64,000 nucleotides of DNA from an uncultured Methanosarcinales archaeon. GTDB taxonomy: Archaea > Nanobdellota > Nanobdellia > Woesearchaeales > SKGA01. The notes below the pieces were generated by a model. It did no database searches. It worked only from the letters and a program-made list of their open reading frames with translations, and had not been told where the DNA came from. The stretch covers positions 139,971 through 203,970 of the forward strand of contig CAYRYB010000001.1 in the NCBI GenBank assembly GCA_964428395.1. Direction: 5' to 3'. Shown here piece after piece: positions 9,044 to 17,692 of the stretch. Positions within the stretch are counted from its first letter, which is position 1, and every line of letters begins with the position of its first letter. The translations under genes were made by a program, and so were the position numbers.

Positions 9044-9562
9044 TCAAGAGAATTTTTCCATGTTCAAAAAGCTTTTGACTGTTTGTTCCAAAAGAGCATA
9101 TTCTTTTTGTGCTCGTTTTTCTGCTCGGTATAAATAGTTCTTGATAACAAATTTGTCAACAAGTGTTCTAATAAAGAAAACAAACGCTTTTTGTTCTATG
9201 CTCTGATCGTAATGTGTCTCTAACCATGAGTGCGTTTTCATAAAAAATTTACATTGATGCATGCGAACTTTTTGTCCTTCTTTTTCCACAATCATTTCTT
9301 GCATTTTAGTAAATTCTAAATCTATCTCCCAGAGTATTTTAGCATAATCAGAAATTTTTGTATCACCTAAAAGCTTAATAACAATTTCTTTTCCATCAGG
9401 GAAAACTTGTTCTTTATGATCTGCTTCATACATATTATAGCCATGATCCAAGAGCAAATCTCGAATCGTTCGATAAACACCCTGTATACTCACTAAACCT
9501 TCGTACGTTAATGTCTTGTTGTTAACAACTGTTTTTCGTTCGGGCATAGTATTTAATAACAC
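9044..9562 (-). CDS. hypothetical protein, tandem paralog of 9553..10074
   Basis: 172 aa. Shares the YEGLVS/YDYDGLVS block and overall length with the upstream ORF. Overlaps it by 10 nt. Confidence 0.5.
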   Translation of the reverse strand: MLLNTMPERKTVVNNKTLTYEGLVSIQGVYRTIRDLLLDHGYNMYEADHKEQVFPDGKEIVIKLLGDTKISDYAKILWEIDLEFTKMQEMIVEKEGQKVRMHQCKFFMKTHSWLETHYDQSIEQKAFVFFIRTLVDKFVIKNYLYRAEKRAQKEYALLEQTVKSFLNMEKFS

Positions 9563-10074
9563 TCCATTTTTAAAAAGCTTTTTATCTTTGCATCCAAATC
9601 TCTTAAAACACTTGTTGCAAACTTTTTTCCGGTAACTTTATTATCTTCAAATAATAAGCCAGAAGGTTCTTTAGTAAGCACAGCATTCATCCATTTATCT
9701 CGTTTTTTATCTGTATCAAACATTCCAGGATAATCAACCTGAAAAGTACCACTTAATTGCAATTCTATTGTGCCAGAAGTTACTGTTTTTTTTTGATTGT
9801 TTTCTTCAATTTCTTTGCGTATCACATCAAAAGCGTGACCTGCAACCGTAAAAGATATTTTGATGTAATGAGTTATTTTTCGAATTGCCTGAAGCTTGAA
9901 CTCGACTTCTGCTCCTGTTTTGCCTGTTTTGTACTTAAATTTTGGTTCTGCATATATGTTTGGCTTTAAATTCATTAAATATCCTCGAAGAAAAGAAACA
10001 AGCCCATCATAATCATATGTTCCTCTGTATTTTATGTCAATTGGCTTTGCAAAAACATCTTTTTCTTTTGCCAT
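9553..10074 (-). CDS. hypothetical protein, tandem paralog of 9044..9562
   Basis: 173 aa. Same size and YDYDGLVSFLRGY block. No recognisable catalytic motif. Confidence 0.5.
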   Translation of the reverse strand: MAKEKDVFAKPIDIKYRGTYDYDGLVSFLRGYLMNLKPNIYAEPKFKYKTGKTGAEVEFKLQAIRKITHYIKISFTVAGHAFDVIRKEIEENNQKKTVTSGTIELQLSGTFQVDYPGMFDTDKKRDKWMNAVLTKEPSGLLFEDNKVTGKKFATSVLRDLDAKIKSFLKMECY

Positions 10075-10195
10075 ATAAGTTTTTTTAAGGAAAAGTTCTT
10101 TTTAAACCTTCCGAAGAAAAAAGAAAAGTTCTTTTTAAAGGAGTTTATCACAAAAGCATTCTCAGAGCAGAACGCGAAAATGCGATAAAACAAGA

Positions 10196-12100
10196 TTACC
10201 GTATGCGTACAGCATCCAAGTTTCTTGGCACCATAGTCTCTACTCGAAACTGCTTGTGAATACTACTTGCTAAATCCATGAGTCGTGATTGCTCTCCATG
10301 ATTAATTAAGATTCGTTTTGGCCTTGGACTACAACGAGAAATGAAATTCACAAGTTCTCGTCTGTCAGCGTGACCAGAAATTTCAATCTTAGATACCTTC
10401 ATTTTGATGCGAAAAACATCTGGTGCATTGCTACCATTTGAAAAACTTAATTCTCGTTCACCACGAAGTATTCGTTTACCAAGACTGCCCTCTGCTTGAT
10501 AACAAGAAAAAATAAGTGTATTTTTCGGATTTTCACAAAGTCCTTTGAGATAGTCAACACTTGCACCTCCAACGAGCATACCGCTTGTTGAGAGAATAAT
10601 ACAAGACTCACTACTATCAATAATTGCTTGTTTTTCTTTGTTACTACCAACGCGAACAATATTTTCAGCCAAAAAAGGATTTTTATCTTTATGAAATATT
10701 TGACTGCGAATAGTACTTGTCATATATTCAGGGTACGCAGTATAAATTGCGGTAATATCCCATACCATGCCATGAATATAAACAGGAACGGTCGGTATCT
10801 TTCCTTCACGAATCATCTTTTCCACAATAACAATCATTTCTTGGCCTCTACCAGAACCAAGTGTTGGAATGAGGATTTTTCCTCCTGCAGTAATAGTGTC
10901 TTTAATGAGTTCTGCAACGTACGCATCTTGATCTTTTACAGGCGGTAAAACATTATCTTTTCCACCATATGTTCCTTCAACAAGAAGAGTTTCCAATCGA
11001 GGAAAATTTGTTGCTGCTGGAGCAAGTAATTGTGTCTTAGCATATTTTATGTCTGCAGTATAAAGCAAATTATGCAATCCATTACCAATATGTAAATGAA
11101 TCATTGCACCACCCAAGATATGTCCTGAATTATAAAAGGTAAGGCGTACATCAGGCGTAATGTCAGTTACTTCCTCGTACTCTAATGTAATGGTATGTTT
11201 TACCGTTTCGCGAACTTCAGTGCTCGTGTAAAGAGGGTCTTTTCCCTCACCAATCATTATTTTTACCGTGTCTAATTGCAAGAGGGACATGATGTCTCTT
11301 GTTGGCGCTGTACAGTAAACAGGACCTCTATAACCAAATTTAAAGAGATAAGGAAGAAATCCTGAATGATCTAAATGTGCATGACTTATAATTACCGCAT
11401 CAAGCTCTTCAAGCCTAAATTCTGGAACTTCCAAAAAAGGATATGCTCCCTTAGATGAAGAGGGATCAATACCACAGTCAAGTAAAATTCTACTCTCTGG
11501 TGTTTGCAAAAGAAGTGCTGAGCGTCCAACCTGCCGAGCAGCACCTAAATATGTTATTCTTACCCATTCTTCTTTTTTTTGACGAAGCCAACCATTATAG
11601 ACTCGCTCACCAACTTTATTTAAGAATTTTCTTCGATAATCAGAGTTTTCGTAAAGTACGCTTCTAATGTTTTCTATTATTTTTGATCGAATAGAAGGTG
11701 TTCGTTTAACCTGTGGTATCCAAAACGTCGCAAGTTTTAATGCTCTGAGAAGCTCGCCTTGCCTACCGATAACAAGACCTGGTTTTTCTGCCTCAATGAT
11801 AACAATAGAACGTTGAGCATCAAAAATAATATTACCAAGCATTGCTTCTTTTGGAATATGTTCTTTAAAATAGTTTTCTGCATCCTCAAGACCCATACAT
11901 AATGATGGATCCGGTCGAAGTTCTATTCGTTTTTTAATCTTACTTACCGTTGCGCGAATAAGCCCGCCATCATCTTTAAAAAAATCTTTATCTTTTGTAT
12001 AAAGAACAATATTTGCTGCTTCAAAAACAGCATCACTCACTTTTTCTTTTGGCACTATCTTTAGTATTTCCTTAATAATTTCTGCTACCATAATAATCAC
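10196..12100 (-). CDS. fttA: aCPSF1 / FttA (KH-KH-metallo-beta-lactamase-beta-CASP ribonuclease, archaeal transcription termination factor)
   Basis: 634 aa. N-terminal KH-like region. HAHLDHSG metallo-beta-lactamase motif. A beta-CASP-type C-terminus. Size and architecture are diagnostic of archaeal CPSF1. Confidence 0.9.
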   Translation of the reverse strand: MIIMVAEIIKEILKIVPKEKVSDAVFEAANIVLYTKDKDFFKDDGGLIRATVSKIKKRIELRPDPSLCMGLEDAENYFKEHIPKEAMLGNIIFDAQRSIVIIEAEKPGLVIGRQGELLRALKLATFWIPQVKRTPSIRSKIIENIRSVLYENSDYRRKFLNKVGERVYNGWLRQKKEEWVRITYLGAARQVGRSALLLQTPESRILLDCGIDPSSSKGAYPFLEVPEFRLEELDAVIISHAHLDHSGFLPYLFKFGYRGPVYCTAPTRDIMSLLQLDTVKIMIGEGKDPLYTSTEVRETVKHTITLEYEEVTDITPDVRLTFYNSGHILGGAMIHLHIGNGLHNLLYTADIKYAKTQLLAPAATNFPRLETLLVEGTYGGKDNVLPPVKDQDAYVAELIKDTITAGGKILIPTLGSGRGQEMIVIVEKMIREGKIPTVPVYIHGMVWDITAIYTAYPEYMTSTIRSQIFHKDKNPFLAENIVRVGSNKEKQAIIDSSESCIILSTSGMLVGGASVDYLKGLCENPKNTLIFSCYQAEGSLGKRILRGERELSFSNGSNAPDVFRIKMKVSKIEISGHADRRELVNFISRCSPRPKRILINHGEQSRLMDLASSIHKQFRVETMVPRNLDAVRIR

Positions 12101-12209
12101 ATAGAGTTTATCTTAATCAACGATGTGTTGTTTTATTTGTTCTGAAAGTTTCAGAATATATATAATAAAAAATATTTGAAAAAATTGTTGTTTTGTTTAT
12201 TGCTTTTGC

Positions 12210-12842
12210 TTATTGCAAATGCGTATTTACGCGTTTGGAAAGAACTTTTTTCACACCATCTTTATTGATGACAAACACATTAATACCATTACCACTTGCA
12301 GCGTCTCGCTGAATAGAAGTATCCACACATTCCTCTGCAAGTTTTACGCCTTCAGTTTGGCTCATTCCTTCTTTGTATTTTTGCTCCAAAACGCCTAAAA
12401 CAAGCATAGAGCCAGAGCCACTTACCCGATATTTCTCATCTTGTCCTAAAAAACCATCAGCACCAATTTCATAAAGATGCACACCATACTTATCAGCTCC
12501 CGCTAAAATAATATGGGTAACATCAGGTATCATGCTTGGTCGCCGGATAAGACCGTATGTCCAGTTGCGAAGAAGATTTGCTGCTTCTTTTACCGTTGGT
12601 TCTCGTCCTGATTTAATTTCTATTAACTTAAGTTCTGACTGAATATGCTTTGCAATAATTTGTGCACTTGATGCAGTTCCTGCAATGGTAATTGCCATTT
12701 TGTCACTAATAGGCAAGACCTTGTCCACCTTATCATCTGCAATAAAAAATCCCATGGTTGCTCTTGTATCTGCAGCCAAGACGATACAATCTTTACAAAC
12801 TATTCCTACTGTTGTCGTACCTGTTTTCATAACTTCATTCAA
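12210..12842 (-). CDS. psmB: proteasome beta subunit
   Basis: Propeptide followed by the mature N-terminus TTTVGIVCKDCIVLAADTRAT (Thr1 nucleophile), with conserved K33 and D17 context. Confidence 0.9.
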   Translation of the reverse strand: MNEVMKTGTTTVGIVCKDCIVLAADTRATMGFFIADDKVDKVLPISDKMAITIAGTASSAQIIAKHIQSELKLIEIKSGREPTVKEAANLLRNWTYGLIRRPSMIPDVTHIILAGADKYGVHLYEIGADGFLGQDEKYRVSGSGSMLVLGVLEQKYKEGMSQTEGVKLAEECVDTSIQRDAASGNGINVFVINKDGVKKVLSKRVNTHLQ

Positions 12843-13005
12843 GTCAGTTCACCTTAAAATTGAGAGAATTACCCTTTTTCTACCTAACATAAATAAGACT
12901 TCATTTATAAATATTTCTTTTTAAAAAGACTAAAATGCTCTAAGAAAGTCAAAAAAAAGCTTTTAAAGAAAGTCAAAAAGAACTTTTATAAGCAACAAAC
13001 CATTC

Positions 13006-15426
13006 TTGGCTTTCATGAAAAATGTACATCGCGAAGTTCTTAAAGCTGCCAAAAAAGAATTAGAAGAAACAGGCACGCTTACTAAAAATACACAAACTAA
13101 AGTTAAAAGTATTGCTCGTAAAGCATCTCCAAAAAACTGGCCCAAAGGAAACTCTCAAAAAAAACAAGCATATATTCTTCTTAGAAAGGCAAACAAGAAT
13201 GCGCTGAGAAGATGGTCATATACGTTTCATCGGCGATACGATTCTTGGTCTGAAAAAGAAAAAAACAAGCAAAAAAATGGACGTAAACAATCTGTTGAGC
13301 GTGGAAAAAATTACTTGGTAGGAAACGCTCTACGAGAAGCATTAACAATTTCTCATTCCGAGTCATTCCCGCAAGCCTTCAAAAAAGCATTATATGCACC
13401 ATTTGGCAAATATTCCTTTCTTGAAGATATTGTTGGTAATGAAACAGTTCAACTCATTAAGGGCGTGCAAAGAAACGATGAAGTTTCAATAAGCAGACTT
13501 GTTGAGAAAAAAACTCCTTATTTTGCAAAAAAACTTAGCAAAGATATTTCTTGGGAAGACAGAAAACAAATTGCTGCAAAAGCGATTTATACTGCAGCAA
13601 AAAAAGCATTGTTTGTCGGTGGATTTAATAAATATATCCTGTTTCATATAACTCGTGAACTAAGTAACTATTACGCAGATACACCTAAGAATGATTTAGT
13701 CCCCTTTAGTCATCGTTTAGAAACTGAAATTGCAGATGTTCATTCTATTCGCGCATTTGATGATGACACCTATGAAACGTTGCTTGAGCAGTCAGAGATT
13801 GCTAACAGAAATAGTTTCATTAATCTTGGTGATGGTGTTGTTCCTTACAAACTTCTCAAGCGGTTTAATAAACTTATTTCTGATGAGGGAAAATCAATGA
13901 AGCTGTTTATGAAAGCGTTTAAAGAAGAACTTCTTTCATACCAAAAAAGCAAAAAAGATTTTGTTGCAAGTGCTCAACAGAAAATCATTTCTTTATTTCA
14001 TCAAGATGCATTACAAAAAGGCAAACAGATTACAAGAGAAGTCGTTGAAAACACATTACAAAATGTTATCAAGAAATATAATAATGAGCACTTGTACGCT
14101 GATGAAGAACCTAGAGAAGAATTTTATGCGCTCTTTTTAAAAGAGCGAAAAAGAATTATTACTAAAGAAGTAAAGCGATTACTCAGCGAGCAAAAAAAAG
14201 CGATTCAAATTAAAGAACAGTATCATAACGTTAAATATCTACATTTGCTTGCTCGAACACTCACTGATGTGGAAGAAGTTATTTCTTACTCTAACCTTTT
14301 AGCTACAGAAGAAGAGAGAATTAGCGAAATAAAAAGCGAAGCTGTTGATACAGCTAAATATGTTTCTGGCTTTGAAGCAATGCCTTGGGAATTTAAGAAA
14401 GCTGCTGTTCTTGCAAAAATAAATAACACTCATTTTTGGGGACCGACTTTAGATCCATCTGCAATGAGAAACTATTGTTTACATGAGGAAGATTTAGAAT
14501 CATTAGCACAATTTGGCGATGTAAAAACTATTCTAGCAAGATTGTATCAAGAAGAAATAATTCTCTCAAGCTCTATTGGCAAAGGAGTGTTTAAAGCAGG
14601 GCAAAGAAATCCTAGTGAAGCGTTTAACGAATGGGGCGTTGTTGCATTTAATAATCATCCTTTATTACAAGAAGCGAGCGCTCCACTCTCGTCTAAATCT
14701 CATCAACTTGAAGAAATAATTATTACTAATGAATATACATGCGCGTTTTTAACTCCAATTATTTCTTCAAATCTCGATTCATGGAGTTATTCTTTTGAAG
14801 ATAGTGAAGAAAAGATAAAAAAAGCAAAAGAAAAATTAGAGCAGGCAAAAAAAGAAGCAATTACTGTTGTAAAAGAATACGAAAAAAATAATGTTCCTGT
14901 TCCACCATTAGTAAGAAATATTCAAGGCTACTTTGATGATGATTTAAAATACTCGCTTGAAATGAGATTAACAGATGATAACAAAGTAATTATTTCTCCT
15001 GAAGCATTCTATACGTTCAATAATAAGAACGGTTCATCTTGGGAAGTAGAAGAATATTTTGAAAATGAAAGAGAACGACTTGAGCAAAAGTACGCAAATG
15101 AAAAACAAAAAGAGTACGCGTTTACAGCAAAAATGCTTGAGCGGTTAAATAGGTTCTGGACAAGATTTTTAGATCCTGACGATCCAACACCAAAACAATT
15201 ACTTGCAAAATTTGATGATTGGGGAAGCAAGAAAGTAAGAGAAATAGGCGATTTCATTGAGGAAGCAAGAAAAGAGAGGGCCAAAAATTATGAAATAGAG
15301 CAACAAAAAATTCATCCTGAAGAAGAAATAGATAAAAGCGATTATCATGTAATCATTATTCCAAGAAAAGAAACTCAAGAAGCATTGTATTCGAATGAAG
15401 AATTTGATAAAGATTTACCTTTCTAA
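13006..15426 (+). CDS. large hypothetical K/E-rich protein (806 aa)
   Basis: Long ORF with strongly charged low-complexity segments. No recognised catalytic motifs. Confidence 0.5.
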   Translation: MAFMKNVHREVLKAAKKELEETGTLTKNTQTKVKSIARKASPKNWPKGNSQKKQAYILLRKANKNALRRWSYTFHRRYDSWSEKEKNKQKNGRKQSVERGKNYLVGNALREALTISHSESFPQAFKKALYAPFGKYSFLEDIVGNETVQLIKGVQRNDEVSISRLVEKKTPYFAKKLSKDISWEDRKQIAAKAIYTAAKKALFVGGFNKYILFHITRELSNYYADTPKNDLVPFSHRLETEIADVHSIRAFDDDTYETLLEQSEIANRNSFINLGDGVVPYKLLKRFNKLISDEGKSMKLFMKAFKEELLSYQKSKKDFVASAQQKIISLFHQDALQKGKQITREVVENTLQNVIKKYNNEHLYADEEPREEFYALFLKERKRIITKEVKRLLSEQKKAIQIKEQYHNVKYLHLLARTLTDVEEVISYSNLLATEEERISEIKSEAVDTAKYVSGFEAMPWEFKKAAVLAKINNTHFWGPTLDPSAMRNYCLHEEDLESLAQFGDVKTILARLYQEEIILSSSIGKGVFKAGQRNPSEAFNEWGVVAFNNHPLLQEASAPLSSKSHQLEEIIITNEYTCAFLTPIISSNLDSWSYSFEDSEEKIKKAKEKLEQAKKEAITVVKEYEKNNVPVPPLVRNIQGYFDDDLKYSLEMRLTDDNKVIISPEAFYTFNNKNGSSWEVEEYFENERERLEQKYANEKQKEYAFTAKMLERLNRFWTRFLDPDDPTPKQLLAKFDDWGSKKVREIGDFIEEARKERAKNYEIEQQKIHPEEEIDKSDYHVIIIPRKETQEALYSNEEFDKDLPF

Positions 15427-15517
15427 AGCTTGCTGTTTCTCAAAATATTCATTATTCATTTTAAATCTTGGTTTCTTAAAAATAATTTTTGCTAAGAGCA
15501 ACTAATAAAAAGAAGAA

Positions 15518-15599
15518 CGCCGCGGGTGGGATTTGAACCCACGATCCCAAAGGGACAGGATTAGCAATCCTGCGCAATACCAGGCTATGCGACCGCGGC
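15518..15599 (-). tRNA. tRNA-Ser (anticodon GCU), class II with long variable arm, no encoded CCA
   Basis: The 7-bp acceptor stem GCCGCGG/CCGCGGC has discriminator G. The anticodon stem CAGGA/TCCTG encloses loop TTGCTAA. A 14-nt variable arm GTCCCTTTGGGATC is present. The T-loop is GGGTTCAAATCCCAC. Confidence 0.8.
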
Positions 15600-15715
15600 A
15601 TGAAAAATAAGTTCCCAAAAAAAGTTCATTTTTGAGCAATGGGAAGGACAAGAAATGAGTATTTAAAGGTTTCCCCGTTCACTGTTCAAAAATCTAATAT
15701 TCTATAATAATAATT

Positions 15716-16879
15716 TTAAAATAATCCGTTCATTAGCAGTCCTAATACTGCTTTTGCTACAAAAAATATTGCAAGAGCCACTACTGCAAAAATGGGAAAT
15801 TGTTTTAATCCTTCTTTGCTGTTTCCTGTTCTTATGGTTGCTACAATTGCTGAGGCAAAATAGGAGGTTATGGTTAACAACACTATTGCAAATGTTGTAA
15901 AATCACTCATAGAAATACTATCTCCTGAAAAACTCATAGATAATCCTCCTGTTCCTGCTGAGCCCGTGCCTTGGAACGAGGAAGCAATATGTGTTATGAC
16001 TGAAAGGAGTTGTGAACTTAGAGCAAATAATGCTGGTGCTGCTGCAATGGATGCAATAGCTATAAAAATAACATACGTTGTAACGCTTGCGCTTATTTCT
16101 TTTTTCATAAGTCGTGTTGCTTGTATGTTTTCACTTATCTTTGTAAGTAATTCTGCTATCTCACCTCCACTTCTTAGTCCTGCTATAATAAGGTTTATGG
16201 CTTCTTTTAGAATTCGAGAATTATACCTTCGAGTAAAGTCAATGAGTGCATCTTCTAATTCACTTCCTGTAAATGTTGCTTTTGCTATCTCTTCCATTTC
16301 TGTTGCAAGAACACCAAAACGTGGCCGAACAGCGTACCATAATGCTCTGTCTATAGGCATTCCCGCACTAATATTTGCAGATGCTAATTGTAAAAAATCC
16401 GGTAGAACTTCTTCTATTTGTTTTGTTCGTTGATAAATTTTTATGTCAAAATAAATAAAAACAACTAAAAGAGAAATAAGATATAATCCTAAAAGCACTA
16501 TTGTCCAAAGTAATAAAAGAACAGTGAGCACATCAGAAAATACTGATCCTTTAGCTATTGAAAAGACAATAATGAAAAAAGAAAAAATTCCCATGATAAT
16601 AAGATCTGCAAAAAGAAGTTTCTTATTAAATTCCTTTGGTGATTCATCGTGTCCAGCACGTTCCAAAAATTCTCGAAGCAAAAGAGACATGCGTCGTCGT
16701 TTATACTTTTGTTTGGTATCAAACTTACTATGTACTTTTGAGCCTGTTTGTCTAAATGCTTCTTGAAGGGTTGATGGTTTTCCTTTTTTTTTCTTATGAA
16801 AAGAAGATGTTTTTATTTTAGGAAGTTTCATCTTTGCAAAAACAGACTTCACTTTTCCTAAAAATTCTTTTAGAGTCAT
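15716..16879 (-). CDS. type IV pilus / archaellum-type membrane platform protein (TadC/FlaJ-like) with lysine-rich N-terminal tail
   Basis: 387 aa and polytopic membrane protein. Lies directly downstream of the FlaI/PilB-family ATPase and a second platform-like ORF. Paired cytoplasmic T2SSF-like segments. N-terminal ~90 aa are K-rich. Confidence 0.6.
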   Translation of the reverse strand: MTLKEFLGKVKSVFAKMKLPKIKTSSFHKKKKGKPSTLQEAFRQTGSKVHSKFDTKQKYKRRRMSLLLREFLERAGHDESPKEFNKKLLFADLIIMGIFSFFIIVFSIAKGSVFSDVLTVLLLLWTIVLLGLYLISLLVVFIYFDIKIYQRTKQIEEVLPDFLQLASANISAGMPIDRALWYAVRPRFGVLATEMEEIAKATFTGSELEDALIDFTRRYNSRILKEAINLIIAGLRSGGEIAELLTKISENIQATRLMKKEISASVTTYVIFIAIASIAAAPALFALSSQLLSVITHIASSFQGTGSAGTGGLSMSFSGDSISMSDFTTFAIVLLTITSYFASAIVATIRTGNSKEGLKQFPIFAVVALAIFFVAKAVLGLLMNGLF

Positions 16880-16880
16880 T

Positions 16881-17681
16881 TTATTGCATGCTAATTGGTG
16901 GCCGTGATGATTTAATCATTGAAAGAAACATAAGTTGTACAAATCCTATGAATCCTGCTAGTGCAAGGAGAACACCTAAGCTTAAGGTTAGGCCTATAAA
17001 CGTTGCTAAAACAACAAGCATGGTTGTTCCTAAGGACGGTACGATTACCGCTATCATCATGTAAAACATTGCCAAAGGATTAAGTTTCTTACCATACTCT
17101 TTTACCGAGATTTCTTGTTCTTTGACAATTTGATTAATAACAGAGTTTAATGCTGGCGCAACATCTGAGCCGGTTTTCAATGAGTTAAGAAGTTGCCAGA
17201 GTATTCGTTGTAATGTTGGAGATGGTGAGTTAATAAGTACCTCATTTATTGCATCTTCAATGCTTGTTCCTAAATAAACCTTATTCACTATATCTCCAAA
17301 AAAAGATCCTACAACAGCATAATTTTGCTCAATACTTTCAAATGCTTTATGGATAGGAACTCCTGAGTGTAATTCAATAATTAAGAAACGTCCAGCGAAA
17401 ACTATTTCTTCGTCTATTTTTCTTCGTAGTTGTTCAATTTTTACATCTACATATTTAAGCATGTACAAAAAAGCAAGTGGGGTAATCATTGCTGTAAGAA
17501 GTAAAAGAATATAGATTTTTGGAAAGAATGCAAAAATAACAAAACTAAATGCCGCTGAAAGCATAAACGCTGTCATGAAAATTTTTTTTACGTAAAACTC
17601 TGCGCTTTCGTTAATGGATGCCTGTCGAAGCCTTGCTTCTAAACCAGGGATTTTTTTTGCTAATCGTTTGTAAATTTTCAT
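16881..17681 (-). CDS. type IV pilus membrane platform protein (TadB/FlaJ N-half-like)
   Basis: 266 aa with multiple TM helices. Start/stop abuts 15716..16879. Its position in the pilus operon matches the split TadB/TadC arrangement. Confidence 0.55.
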   Translation of the reverse strand: MKIYKRLAKKIPGLEARLRQASINESAEFYVKKIFMTAFMLSAAFSFVIFAFFPKIYILLLLTAMITPLAFLYMLKYVDVKIEQLRRKIDEEIVFAGRFLIIELHSGVPIHKAFESIEQNYAVVGSFFGDIVNKVYLGTSIEDAINEVLINSPSPTLQRILWQLLNSLKTGSDVAPALNSVINQIVKEQEISVKEYGKKLNPLAMFYMMIAVIVPSLGTTMLVVLATFIGLTLSLGVLLALAGFIGFVQLMFLSMIKSSRPPISMQ

Positions 17682-17692
17682 GGTTCATTCTT

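Noticed and set aside
15870-16433. 187-aa plus-strand ORF inside the TadC-like gene, and similar antisense ORFs (19230-19760, 26249-26668, 1232-1447, 37169-37555, 12213-12398)
   Set aside because: They are fully embedded antisense to strongly supported genes and have no independent signals or motifs.
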